The position numbers were made by a program, and so were the translations under genes. Below the pieces are notes generated by a model that saw only the letters and a list, made by a program, of their open reading frames with translations, searched no databases and was not told the origin of the DNA. This document shows, in pieces, positions 12,118 through 23,884 of a stretch of DNA of 64,000 nucleotides (position 1 is its first letter; the number at the start of each line of letters is the position of its first letter). The stretch lies in NCBI GenBank assembly GCA_013265495.1, contig MU057560.1, positions 2,790,909 through 2,854,908 of the forward strand. The letters run 5' to 3'. This DNA comes from Vicugna vicugna (lineage: Eukaryota).

Positions 12118-13294
12118 ACACGAGGGGGTGAATGCAGCCACGCCCTTGAAATTAGAACAGCAGTTACCGCCTCGTGGACGCGACCTCACTGACTGTGGTC
12201 CTCCTCCCGACGCTTCTGCACCGTGCTTGGTGTCTTACAGGGACACGCCTCACGTTTACACAGAAAGCAAGTGGTCCTAAAACAACATAAAGGTTTCTGA
12301 GATTTTTGGGGGGAAACTAGAAGTTGTATAAACACATAAATTTTGGTTAATTTAGAAAAATGCATTTGATAATCTATTCCAACGTGGAATTGCCTGATTC
12401 TGGACACACAAAAACGGCATTCAGAGACATCGGTTCATCAGCGTCCTGGCTTGAACTAAGCAGAAAGAGCAAACGCGCACGAAGGTAGAGCAAGGGGACG
12501 ACTGTCTTCGGCCGTCCTGCACGTGGGCGGCGTTGCCCTTCAGAAGTGCCTTGTCAGTTCCTCGTGACCTGGATTAGGTCGCCGTGTGTCTGAGGATGGT
12601 CTGCAGGCGTTTATCTAATCCCCGTCAGAGACGGTTTTACACCTAGGCAGCACTTTCCCATCCTGAAGGCACTGGAGGAGTCTCTCAGAGCAGAGATGCG
12701 GGCCTGCAGGTGTGCCTGTGCCGCAGCAGATGCGTGAGCGCTGGGAAGGAAATACGGCAGCTGAGGGAACACCGTGCTGTGGGAGGCCCCTCCTTCCGCC
12801 AGTGTATGTGGCACTGCACCTTGCACTGTATAATCTGCACCATGTGATGCACAAGTTTGACTGGTCCTGGCTCCCTGGTGTGAAATGCTACACTTAAAAA
12901 CAGAACAAACTCAGAAGAAACCAACAAACCTGAGCCGGTTCAAACACAGGCTTCCTTCTTGAGAAGACAAGTGACTTCAATCAGGAAAACATTTTTCCGT
13001 CCTGGTGATAGAGGGATGGACGGTCCTTTCCGACGGTCCCCCCGCTCTGTCTTTACCCGTGGCGCTGCGGCAGTCTCCTCTTCCGTGCGTGCGCGTGTGT
13101 GCGGGGGCTCTGCCGTCCCACCCGCACCTGCTGGTTTACACACGCAGATTCTCACCTGCGGTCTTGGCTCCGCTGGCTACTGTGAATAATGACAATGAAA
13201 TTTTAGGGCTAAAATTAAGACTGTAGAATCCACATCTCCCCTTCCCGGCAGTGGCCTTGACTGGCCTGGACACACATGAGAACAGACACCCTGG

Positions 13295-13310
13295 AGCGCC
13301 CTCTGGCGCA
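13295..13310 (-). promoter_or_regulatory. CTCF-like motif
   Basis: Minus strand reads TGCGCCAGAGGGCGCT, close to CCACCAGAGGGCGC. Confidence 0.4.
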
Positions 13311-14309
13311 GGAAGTCCTCCCGGACCCCCACGCCCTCCTGGGGGCAGACGGGACGCTTCTCTCTGGCGCATCCTGACACCTGGCCTGCAGCTACCTCCC
13401 ACTAGAACCCGAGCTCCTGGTGACAGCAGCGTGGAGACTTCCACATGCTGCACCCAGCCCGGGTCCCAGCAGATGGAGCGAAGGCATGACCGGCCCGCAG
13501 GCGCAGAGCCGTGCGTAAGCCCTGCCGTCCAGGCTGCAGGAGGCTCGGGGAGGCGGGTCTGGTTTCTGATTGGCCTGTAAGCAGCAGACAATGCGTTAGA
13601 GGTGTCTCTGGGCGCGGCGGAAAACCTAAACTGAAAATTACGCCGATCTGCTACAACTGAAGGTTTCATGACCAAAAATGAATAGAGAGCGAGCACGTAT
13701 TGATTTTAAACCAGCAAATAAGCCAGGGACGCCAATAGACGGGGTTCCCCCATGACGACTGGCGGGGTCCTGGGAGGGAGGAGTCGGCCCCATCTCCTCA
13801 CCTCTCAGCAGATGTTCCTTAGAGCCGAGAAGTGCATTCGCCTGTCAAGAAAATTCTCAGCCTGGGTTTGAAGAATTTAACAGTTTCCTGGATATCAGAC
13901 GCGATCTGGTTGGCGAAAAGTGGAAGAATTTAGATTCTCCACTCTCTGGTAACACGTTAACTCTTTCAAGTCGCAGAGCCATCTGAACCCAGCAAAGCGC
14001 AGCTTTGGAAATGGTTGCAGAGACGTGAAGCAGCCAGTTGCTTTCTGGAGCAAAGAGGCCACTCTCTGAGGCTCCGTGGGCACATTCGTCCCGCTAGGGT
14101 CAGATTGGAGGCCGCAGGAACTGGGAGCCAGCAAGCAGCCTGGAGAGGACCAGGCCTGTGGGGCCCTCACGGCTGCTGCCAGTGCAGTAAAAGAGGACTT
14201 ACCTCTTTCATTCTGGACCCTTCATAGCTTACCGATGACAACTTGCTGTCACTGCCACGTTATACAAGTAAAGCTTTCCCCACAGAGTAAGAGACCCAGC
14301 ATCCTTATC

Positions 14310-14650
14310 TATGCATCCAGCCTTCCATCCATCCATCCGTTAGTCCACCCATCCATCTGTCCATCCATCTGTCCGTCTGTCCATCTGTCTATCCATCCAT
14401 CCATCCATCCGTTAGTCCACCCATCCATCTGTCCATCCATCTATCTGTCCATCTGTCTATCCATCCATCCATTAGTCCACCCATCCATCTGTCCATCCAT
14501 CTGTCCATCTGTCTATCCATCCATCCATCCATCTGTCCACCCATCCATCTGTCCATCCATCCATCTGTCCATCTGTCTGTCCGTCCGTCCATCCATCCAT
14601 CCTTCTCCTTTGTGTATTCATTCATTCATCCATCCATCCACCCATTCATT
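14310..14650. repeat. (TCCA)n-derived complex microsatellite with higher-order ~60-72 nt units
   Basis: TCCA/TCTG/TCCG tetramers; the marker TTAGTCCACCC recurs at ~14340, 14412 and 14472, and is degenerate at ~14532. Confidence 0.92.
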
Positions 14651-15300
14651 CCTGTATTCAATCAACAAACACATTTTAGGACTTGTGTCCTACTTGGGAG
14701 AGAATGGTAGGCAGAACGGGAAAGCCCTACCAAGGTAACGAGTTCGTAGATCACACAGACATCTCGATAAATAGAACAAACCCACAAATGCTACACCAAG
14801 GGGAGAGCAGGTGCTGTGAGGACGTGGGTGGAGGGAACTTGACTCGGTCTGGTGGACCGGAGACGTTCTAGGAATTATGTGTGGAGACTAGAAAGCAGGA
14901 GAGCTGATGGCCCCTTTGAAGACATGCAAGAGGTCGGCCCCGGCCAGATGGCTGCTGTGATGGGGATGGTGAAGAGCGAGGTGGGAGAGGTGCCCCCTGG
15001 AAATCCACGCTGAGGAGTTTGGACTCTTCGCCCAGCATGAGGGAAGACGTGGCTGATTTTCATTAATTCATAACACTCCAGCTTCCCTCTGGGGAAGTGG
15101 ACCTGAGGATGCAGACTGGAGGTGGGGGTCCCTGGGGGACGTGCAGCGCTTCGGACGGTATTCAAAGGTGGTCTTGACCAGGTACAGCAGGGAAGGCGGA
15201 GATGCCATCTGATGGCGGACGTTTAAGGGACACTGAACATTGTGGTGTGGAGGTGAGGAGAGAGGCAGGATTCCCAGGTCTGAGCACCCAAGGTGAGGTG
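14615..15300 (-). mobile_element. LINE-2 3' end (antisense)
   Basis: Starts with ttcattcattcatc..attcaatcaacaaacacatttt, the reverse complement of an L2 (TGAA)n tail; continues with gaggagtttggactctt..gggaagacgtggctgatttt, typical of L2. Confidence 0.6.
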
Positions 15301-17559
15301 AGCCCTGCACCGATGAGGCACACAGAGGCGAACGGATTCTCGGGAAACAGCAGTCAGTTTAGTTTTGGAAATGCCGACTCTGTGTCTTGTTGTTACACAA
15401 ATAACAGGCCCCCCAACTCGGGCTGAGGGTCTAGGTGGGGTGCAGAGTTTGGAGGGGAGCAGCCAGCCCTTTCCAGAAGAATTGAAACTTCGACTTGACT
15501 ACAAAGCGAGGAATATTGTGATGCAAAATTTAAAGAAAGTCTTCTCATTTTTTTTAACTCTTAAAGCATTTGTTTTGTGCTTGTCCAGTAGGGGTGTGTC
15601 CGTAAGCCCAGCTGCCTAGTGGGGGTTCAGGAGTGGGGGCGCCGGACCCCAGGGCCCTGGTGGGGTCGGAGTCCCTCCTGGACACCGGCATCCCTGCTTC
15701 TTTCACTAAACCAGACGAGCACCACGTCAGGACACTCAAAAATCGAGGTGTGCTGTGGTTTTGCAGATTCGCTGAAAAGGCCATCAGCACTCTGCCGTTT
15801 AAAATGCATGTTGAGATGTGAGGGAGGGACTGGCCCAGGAAAGGTGCTGGGGCGTGGTGTGTTTGTGGGCTGCTGGTTCGAGGAAATTCATTCCCGTGGG
15901 ATTTAACCAAGGGAAGTGACTTAGAATCAACAACGTGAAAGATAAGCACCTGTGAAAATTTTGGGGGAACCGCCTTTGTTTCAGCTGCATTTTCCCCTTT
16001 TCTTTCTGCTCAGTTCTCTGCTTTGTTACGTACCTCATTCCACCTTTTTTCCCCTAATTTGTGAGTGTTGAGTGAAGCCGGGCTCAGTTAGTATTACCTG
16101 GATGTAGGAGGGTCACGCGCTAAGCTGTAATGAGCCCGCTCGAGACGTCACTTTATGCCACATGCTGTGATCTGCGGAAGCTCACGGGAGCGCCTCTGGA
16201 GATCAGCCCAGTTGGGTGAGAGTCACGCTCTTCCTCAACCTTCAGAATCGCCGTCTTCTCACGCGTGGACTCCGCCCCAAAGAGACAGGAATCCCAGGAG
16301 AAGCAGGAAGAGACGAGAATGCCTCTCCCCTGTCAGGACATTTTTCATGATTTAGCGATTGTTGATAGATATGGAGAAAGAGAGTTGTGGCCAAGAAGAC
16401 GGACATCGGATTCCTTCTGAGCTGAGTTATCAAGAGACCCACTAAGTCTCCAGCCACTGTGAGCACTTCTGATGACGGTAAATGTCTTGAAGGGACTTTT
16501 TTTTTAGTTCATGTATTTGTAGACTTAGCCTCTTAGTCTCATCCGCATAGACTGGCTCCTCAGAGGCCCCTCGGCTGTGCATAAAAATGGCAGACGACCG
16601 CAGAGCCCCATTCCAAATCGGAGGTGCCCTGCCTTCTGCAGGGGACATGGCGTCTCAGCTGACAGTTCTCACGCAGGAAGCTAGGGAGCCTGGCCCTCGA
16701 CATCCCGGCTCGGTGGCGGCTCCAGTTTCACAGTTGACTCTGGCAGCCACTGCCGCTGACGGTCGCGCCGTTGTCCCTTTTCAGGGGAGGCAGCTGCTCA
16801 CGAGTGCGCTCCATCCCCCACACGCCCCACGTCACAGGCTGGGCGTGCGTCAGCCCGGCTGGGAGCCTTGTCACATCTGCGTCCACCTACCTGAAGGCTG
16901 ACGGCGAGGCCCACGTGTGTAAATCAAATCAGCCCACAAATAAATTCTCTGTAGCTCCTCCACCAATAAAACGTTGTCTTTCATAAAAAAGCAATTTTGA
17001 AACGACAAGGCGAGGTCTATGCTGCCGATTATGAATCTGCCTGAGTTTGCTCACTGCGATCTGGTAGCCGCTAGCCGAACTCTGCCCTAAGTGCTGGGTC
17101 ACAGGCCGTTGGTTCATGCGCACCCGTGCGCCGAGCGCGTCTGCTAAACCGTGTGCGCTCAGCCCGCCGCCGGCCTCCTGCCCGCTGCCCCCCCACCCCG
17201 CCGCCCGGCGGCCAGGCTGCCTGGCCCCGCACTCGCCCTGGCAGGGCAGGAGCGCGGAGCAGCCCTGCCCTCGTCATGCGCTGTGCTCGCCAAAGCCACT
17301 GCCCTCCACTCACACAAGGCTGCCCCCATGCAGATCACACCCCTACAAGCTCGGGCTTCAAAGGATGTTGAGAAGTGAGACATTTTCCCCTTTAAATGTG
17401 GAACACTCCTTTTTAGCATTTTTAATATTGAAATTTCCGATTGGACTCCTAAACATTAATGAAACCTGCTTTAAAGATTTTTCTTCTACCTGAATTTGTT
17501 CTTTTGAATTTGCAAAACTATGATTATAAGAAACCAAGGAAACAAAAGCGTATAAAGAC

Positions 17560-19320
17560 AAAGTTAATGCCATTCTCCTCACTCTGCCCCAAAGTTCAGA
17601 TTTCATCGCATCCGCTCACAAAGGTATGTAGGCTGATAGAAAACGGTGTTTCCTCGTCAAGGGTCGCATTACCACAAAGCTGTTCTCCTACTTACTTCCC
17701 TCTCTTGCTTAATCCTGTGTCGTGGACGTCCGTCTGATCAGAACAGCTTGGTCTACTGCTTGTTTAAATAGCACTAGAATGTTCCACGGTGTGGTTTAGC
17801 CTTAACTTACTCTCCCGCTCCTGGGCCAGCAGACATTTGGGGTGATCCCAGGCTTTCCCTCCAGAAAGTGCCATCATGGGCATCCTTTGCACTTGTCCCT
17901 GCACACCTGTGCTTTTACGTCTGTAGGAGAGGGTCCCATCTGTTGGGCAGCTGGGCTGATGGAGCACCATTCAGAGTTTGAATCCATGATGTCAGCCTTC
18001 TGCAACCACATCAGAGGGATCTCCAGTCTTGCGAGCTCCTGCCAGGGTCCGCGGTGAAACTGCTGCCTCACTTCAACACACGTGCACCCGACTGCCTTGC
18101 AGGAACTTCGGCTCCTCGTGCTGACACGTGTGACTTGTCTCCTGTCTTCACCCTTTCTCTACCTGTTTATCTTTGTTTTCAAATTTCAGCTCTTTAGATT
18201 CGACAGAATATCCACTCTTTTCCTGTCATATATTGTAAATACTTTCTCCGAGTCTATCAATTGCTCACTCCACTTGTAGAGCCATATGGGAATTTTACAT
18301 TTTTATGTAGGCAAGTCTGCTCATTTTGTGGCTGTTTATTTTCTACATGATTTAAGAAGCTCTGCCCCATTTTAAACTAAGAGCCACGTAATCTCTTCCA
18401 GTGCTCTCACAGCTCTGCAAGGACGCAGGTCTCTATTCAGCGTGACGGTCACACGTGTGCCCACTGCACGCTGGTCCCGTGTCCACTCCCATGGGGCGCA
18501 GACTTGGCGGGCGCCCTGCTTTGCGGAGCCGCTTTTCTCTGAGGGGGGCGGCTGTCTTTGTCTCCTGTTACTTGCTGTAGTTTCTAAGCTCTTTGTTCCT
18601 TTTAGATGATCTGGTTTTTTTTCCAGTTCTGTGTCAGTAACACACTGGTTTGATGACTTTAGCTTTACAGTGAGTTTTCATTATCAGGAGGGCCTGAGCT
18701 TTACCCCATCGTTCAACGAGTATCGCATGTTCGTTTTTCCAAGTGAACTTTGAAGTAAATTTGTCACACACTGCACCTCCCCGGGTTAGCCTCCCTGGGG
18801 TGGAGGGAACCGCCCTGACCTGCACTTCCAAGTTCCGTCGTCTTCAGTCACCTCCCCTCCGGGAGCTGCTGCGTCTGTCTGCGCACCAGGACCTTCTTCA
18901 CTCCCGTTCCACTATTCTGCCTTCGGTGTCTGTGTCAACGTGCTGACTGCTGATAACACGAAAGCTCTTAACTGCAGCACATTTTCTCAAATCTCACTGC
19001 CTTATTGAGTTCTTATTAATTCTAATATTCCTTAGAAAAGTTTCTCCTGTTTCCTTGGAATGAAATCCTTTCATCTGCGAATAAACATCCCCTTTCAATA
19101 TTTGTGCACGTAACGTGGGCAATTATCTCCCGTGCTGGGAGTCGCCTCCTGGGTGACGCTGACTGCAAGTGGTGGTGGTGCCGCCTTTTCCTGGTCTTAG
19201 TTCGGGGCTGCTGACGCTCTGCCGTTGAATCTGGCCCACGCTGTTGAATGCTGGTGGCCACTGTGTGTATTTTAAATTGAAAACTGCTAGAGGATTTTAC
19301 CTGTTGCTTTTCCATCTATA
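17560..19320 (-). mobile_element. Old, fragmented LINE-1 (L1M-type)
   Basis: Phrases such as cagacatttggggtgatcccaggctttc, atattgtaaatactttctccgagtct, ttttccaagtgaactttgaagtaaatttgtc and tcatctgcgaataa match antisense L1 ORF2/3'UTR; boundaries approximate. Confidence 0.6.
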
Positions 19321-19369
19321 AATATATATCTTTTTTAATTTTTAAAATATTGTAAGTTCTCTTTCTCCA

Positions 19370-19495
19370 TTTTATTTTTATTTATTTACCTATTTTTGGT
19401 CAGGGGGAAGTAATTGGGTTTATTTATTTATTTTTAAAGGAGGCACTGGGGATTGAACCCAGGACCTCATGCAGCTGAGCACACACTCGACCACA
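19370..19495 (-). mobile_element. tRNA-derived camelid-type SINE, 5'-truncated or diverged
   Basis: T-rich tail, ggggaagtaattgggtttatttattt, then ggaggcactggggattgaacccaggacctcatgca (B box GGTTCAATCC on the minus strand); homologous to the copy at 60608. Confidence 0.8.
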
Positions 19496-19569
19496 TTAGA
19501 TGTTTTTTGCACAGAATAATCCTCACCCACTGACTGTACTTTAACAACTGCTTTTATAAATTATGTCCA

Positions 19570-19705
19570 CGTGGATTCTTGCTGGAATCCCTAAAGTCAG
19601 GCACTGTGGGTAATACTCTATTTTGAAGGTGAAAGTTTAGAGGCAAAGAGATTTTTCTGAAATGTCACGTCTAGAGAACTGGGGTCAAATCCCAGACCTG
19701 CTGAT
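19570..19705 (-). mobile_element. MIR fragment
   Basis: ctctattttgaaggtgaaagtttagaggcaaagag..gtcac..ctggggtcaaatcccag resembles the antisense MIR core. Confidence 0.45.
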
Positions 19706-19999
19706 TTTTCTGGTTTCTGTTACTGTCCTCTAAACCTCCAGAAAGGATAGATTTATTTTTGGGTTTTTTTCTTTTTAATAACTAGCAGTTTTATGATACT
19801 TTTCTATTAAAGCCAATTTCATGTATTAATTGATTAATCCAATTAGCACAGTGAATCTCTTAGGTAGAATTATTAATACAATTATTTTGGAAAGACTCAG
19901 GATTAGTAATTTACTTAATACTCATGAAACTTGTAAGTGGAAAAACCAGATTTAAACTCCGTTCTCTGACTCAGAATCCCAAGATCTCCCCGGGACACT

Positions 20000-21300
20000 G
20001 CTCAGCGGGCGCAGGTTGTACCGTGGGTGCAGGAAGAGTAACCGAGGGCCCGGCCTGACCCTGGGACCTGCAGGCGGCGTGCCTTCCCCTTGTCCCCGCG
20101 CTCCGCCCGGTGCGGGTCCCCCGGCGGAGACCCACGCGAGGGCCCCGCCGAAGACAGCCCGGTCCCACAGAGGTTACGCCGAGGGAAAGAAACAGGGCAC
20201 ACAGCACGTGTGTGGTGCGCTTCCGTCACGTGAAGTTCCGAGCCGAAGGCCTGGACGCCAGGGGAGTCCGGCGGGCTTGGGCAGGAACATGCTGGGATGC
20301 GGACAGGGCCCTTTCTGGCTGGAGGCTCCCCGGACTGCGCTGGTGGTGATACGGGCACCACACGTGCAAAACTTCGTCACTTGTAAGCGTGTGTTAGGTC
20401 ACGTTACCCAGTGTACCACTCGGATGCTAAGTCCAGGCAAAAGAGTCCAAACAATGACTTGCTTTGTAATCAAATGAAAGGCCTGCCTTCAGTGAGGGGC
20501 CCCGCGACCGGCCGCGAAGGAGCGATCCCTGTGGCGCGTGTGCGCTGACGGCGGGCTCAGTGCGCGCGGCATTCAGGCAGAACCGCTCGCCCGGGTACCG
20601 TCGCGCTCCGCGGCAGCTCGGCCCCTTCGAAGCGCGTGGACGCGGGGGCGGGCGGGGCGGAGGAGGGGAGGCCGCTGCGCGGAGCAGGCGAAGCGCCGTG
20701 AGCCACCGCGGGACCGGAAGCCAGGCCAGACACAGCCGGTTCCAGAGGGAGGAAGATTTGCAGCGCGAAGTGAGAGCTCACTGTCCTCGTCGCGGGGCAC
20801 AGCCGTGGGAGCGGGGACCCGGACTCGCCGTCCTGCTGCGCGGCCCCGGAGGGGAGCGCCCGGCGCCTGCGGCTGCGGCGGGCGGGCCCCGGCCCCGCCC
20901 CCCGGAACCCGGCCGCTTTCCCTCCGGGGAGTTTACGGGGAGACTTGATAAAAGTGAGTGTCCAGCCCCGTTGTTCTTAATGCCAATAATTTCTGAAGAA
21001 TTAGGTTGTAACCTGAGAAGACCCTGACAGTCGGTCGGTCGGACTTGAGCGGAGGCGATTTTCCTTTCCCCGTTTCTTCGCTGGAGTGGAGGCAGTTTGC
21101 AGCGCGGGGCGCCCGGTGCTGGGCCGGACGTGCGCACACGTGCTTCTGTCCGGACTCTTCTCCGCCGGGTGTTGCTGCCGGGTCCTGAATGCAGTGCTGT
21201 GCGTTCTGCTGAAGGACCTTGTCTGTTTTGTGTATTTCGTACAGCGTGTGTCTGCAAATCTCAGACTCACAGACATGCGGAACAAACTTACGGCCACCAG
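20000..21300. promoter_or_regulatory. CpG island / probable promoter
   Basis: Very dense CpG at 20500-20940; tandem GC boxes (GGGGCGGGCGGGGCGG ~20644-20660), ETS-like CCGGAAG (~20714), E-boxes CACGTG (~20204, 20227, 20360). Confidence 0.8.
20700..20953 (+). other. Candidate non-coding first exon of a CpG-island transcript
   Basis: Follows the GC boxes and ends at donor AAA|gtgagt (intron starts 20954), where CpG density drops; start position is approximate. Confidence 0.4.
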
Positions 21301-21427
21301 CGGCGAAGGCGGGTGGGAAGGGGAAGTTGGGTGTGTGAGATTCGCAGATCAGAGGCAGCTCGACTTCCGAAATAAACCACTCCGTGTGGGTCCCCGTGTC
21401 ACCGCCGCCTGGCTGGACGTGGCTGTT

Positions 21428-21446
21428 GCCGCCACCTGGTGGCTGA
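21428..21446 (-). promoter_or_regulatory. Strong CTCF motif
   Basis: Minus strand TCAGCCACCAGGTGGCGGC is a near-perfect CTCF core. Confidence 0.65.
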
Positions 21447-22217
21447 GGGTCTGCAGTCCAGCAGTCAGAGCTGACTTCAGGTCGACTCTGCAAGAGGGAT
21501 GGATGGATGACGACCCCAGCAGGCAGGGCAGGTGAGCCGCGGGGATTCACAGACCACCCGTGAGCTGGGCCCTCGCTCTTCAGTAAGAAGGGGTAGGAGC
21601 GCTCCGCGTGAGAGAGAGAGAGACGCGGTCTCGTCCACGTGCAGGGAGGGCAGCCGTAGCGGCCGCAGCGCACCGATTCCCCAGGTTCTAGATGGCCAGC
21701 ACATTTGTTGGCGCTCCAGCCTGACCTGCGTTTGTGAGGACACTGCCTGAAGCCCCCCACTTCTTCTCCAGGCTAAGCCCCTGCCTTCAGGGCCTGATAA
21801 TTCCGGTTTAAGAGAGTGAGACGGAGAGCAGATGCTATACTTTACAACTATTTTATAAAATAAGAATCAATAACAAAGGCCTTAGTGGAAAGTTTAATGT
21901 AATAGAAAGAGGAGAAGAGCAGAGAGGCAGGTGCTCGTTTTCTGAACCAAGTTAAGTTACAGGCGAGCCATTGGGCGTGTTACCAGCAGGAAGTGATCTA
22001 AGCCTCATCACTCAGAGACACGGGGCCCCAGGTGTCCAGGATGCTGCCGGCAGTAAACGGCTGACCGTGGCCTACCTGAGCTGGGCTTGCAGGTGCACGG
22101 ACCGCACACCGACGGGGACCAGGTGAGGAAAGCAGGGAGCGTGGCAACCAGCATCTGTTCCTCGTAGGAAACAGGCCTATGGAATTGAATTTGACTACAA
22201 GCGAAATCACATTTTAG

Positions 22218-22850
22218 TCTAATTAGAAAAGATACGTGCACCCCAGTGTTCACAACAGCACTATTTACAACAGCCAAGACATGGAAACAACCTAAATGGC
22301 CATCAGCAGGTGACTGGATAAAGATGTGGTATATTTATACAATGGAATACTACTTAGCCATAAAAAAGAATAAAATAATGCCATTTGCAGCAATATGGAT
22401 GGACCTGGAGATCCTCATTCTAAGTGAAGTGAGCCAGAAAGAGAAAGAAAAATACCATATAATATCACTTATATGTGGAATCTAAAAAAATGACATAAAT
22501 GAATTTATGTACAAAACAGGGACAGACTTATGGACATAGAAAACAAACTTGTGGTTACCGGTGGGGGGAGGATAAACTGGGAGCTTGGGATTTGCAGATA
22601 CACACCACTATATATAAATTAAACAACAAGGTGCTACTGTACAGCACGGGGAACTATTTGATGGCTTGTAATGACCTATAATGAAAAATAATACAAAAAG
22701 GAATATATATATATATGTGTGTGTATATATATATGTATATATAAAAACTGAATCACTGTGCTGTACGCCAGAAACTAATGCAACATTCTAAACCAACTAG
22801 ACTTCAATAAAAAAACATTCTAAACTAACTAGACTTCAATTAAAAAAAAA
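22218..22850 (+). mobile_element. 5'-truncated LINE-1 (ORF2 C-terminus, 3'UTR, poly-A)
   Basis: ORF 22246-22485 MFTTALFTTAKTWKQPKWPS..WYIYTMEYYLAIKKN is the L1 ORF2 end; internal (TA)n; A tail. Confidence 0.95.
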
Positions 22851-23884
22851 AGAGAGAGAATTAGGAATCTAGCAGACCCAATCACACTCATGGAGCAGAC
22901 GCCTCGGCCCGCGTGCGCAGGGCTGCGTCCAGGCCTGATCTGTGAGGAGCAGGGCGGCCCCACAGACTCACCTGCACTGTCCTCCCCTGTGGGACTAGCC
23001 CCTCGAGGTTCTCCTTCTTCCCCTGGATACACACGTGCACACACACACACTTCTCTAGTCTGCAGGCACTAATCGTTCCCCTAAAGTGACCAAAATAGTC
23101 ATGATTTTTTCAAATGCACACTTTATGGTCAACACGTGTAAAAGGCAACGTAGGTCAGCTTGCACACTAGAAATAGTTCACCATGAGAGGAAAGAAAACG
23201 CACGTGTAAAAGTGTACATCCTCCAGTCTCATCCCAACATGGTGAGACTGGTATCAGGTGTCCTGGGGTCCTGCTCCTTTCAGTGTTGACCCTGGTCACC
23301 AGCAAGGGACACAGGAGTGGACGGACCAGTCTGAGCCCAGGCTGGCCTGGACTCGGGGCCCGACCCCCAGTGCCGCTCCATGCTGGGCTGGGGAGCCTTT
23401 TCTTACAGTGTGGAAAGATGGTCATTGAATCCCCGAAACACGTTTTGGAATTCAAAGACATAATCCAGTGTCCTGCTCCGAGATAGATTTTTAATATCTC
23501 CATTACACAAAGGCTGGATTTTTAGTTGCCCTTAATTGCTTGGTGCCTAATGACTTCCAAAGAAGAGGAGCTATTTAGCAGTTTTCCCCTCACACCACAT
23601 CTTTCACACATTGCTATTTGTCTCTGGTAAGCATGAATCCCTAAGTGTCTTTACGTGGGTAAAAAGCACTGTGTGATATTAAAGCACTGTATTATCACGA
23701 CTGTTGTCTCTGCCTACTGCGTTGCTCTTACAATCCTCACTCCTTTACATCTGGCCACGTCCAACACCCCTTCTACACCATGGGAAGCTGTGTGTGATAG
23801 TTTCCTGTTGGCGTGAGCTGGGACTCCGGGTTAGCAAAGCCTCCATGGTGGTGCACTCTCACCTCTTGGTGGGTATATCGAATT

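Noticed and set aside
14310..14650. Periodic array resembling repeat-spacer (CRISPR-like) organisation
   Set aside because: There are no unique spacers and no cas genes; it is built entirely of tetramer variants in mammalian DNA.
14076..14738. 220-aa ORF with PSIHPSIC repeats (and antisense DGWM ORF)
   Set aside because: It is the translation of the (TCCA)n microsatellite.
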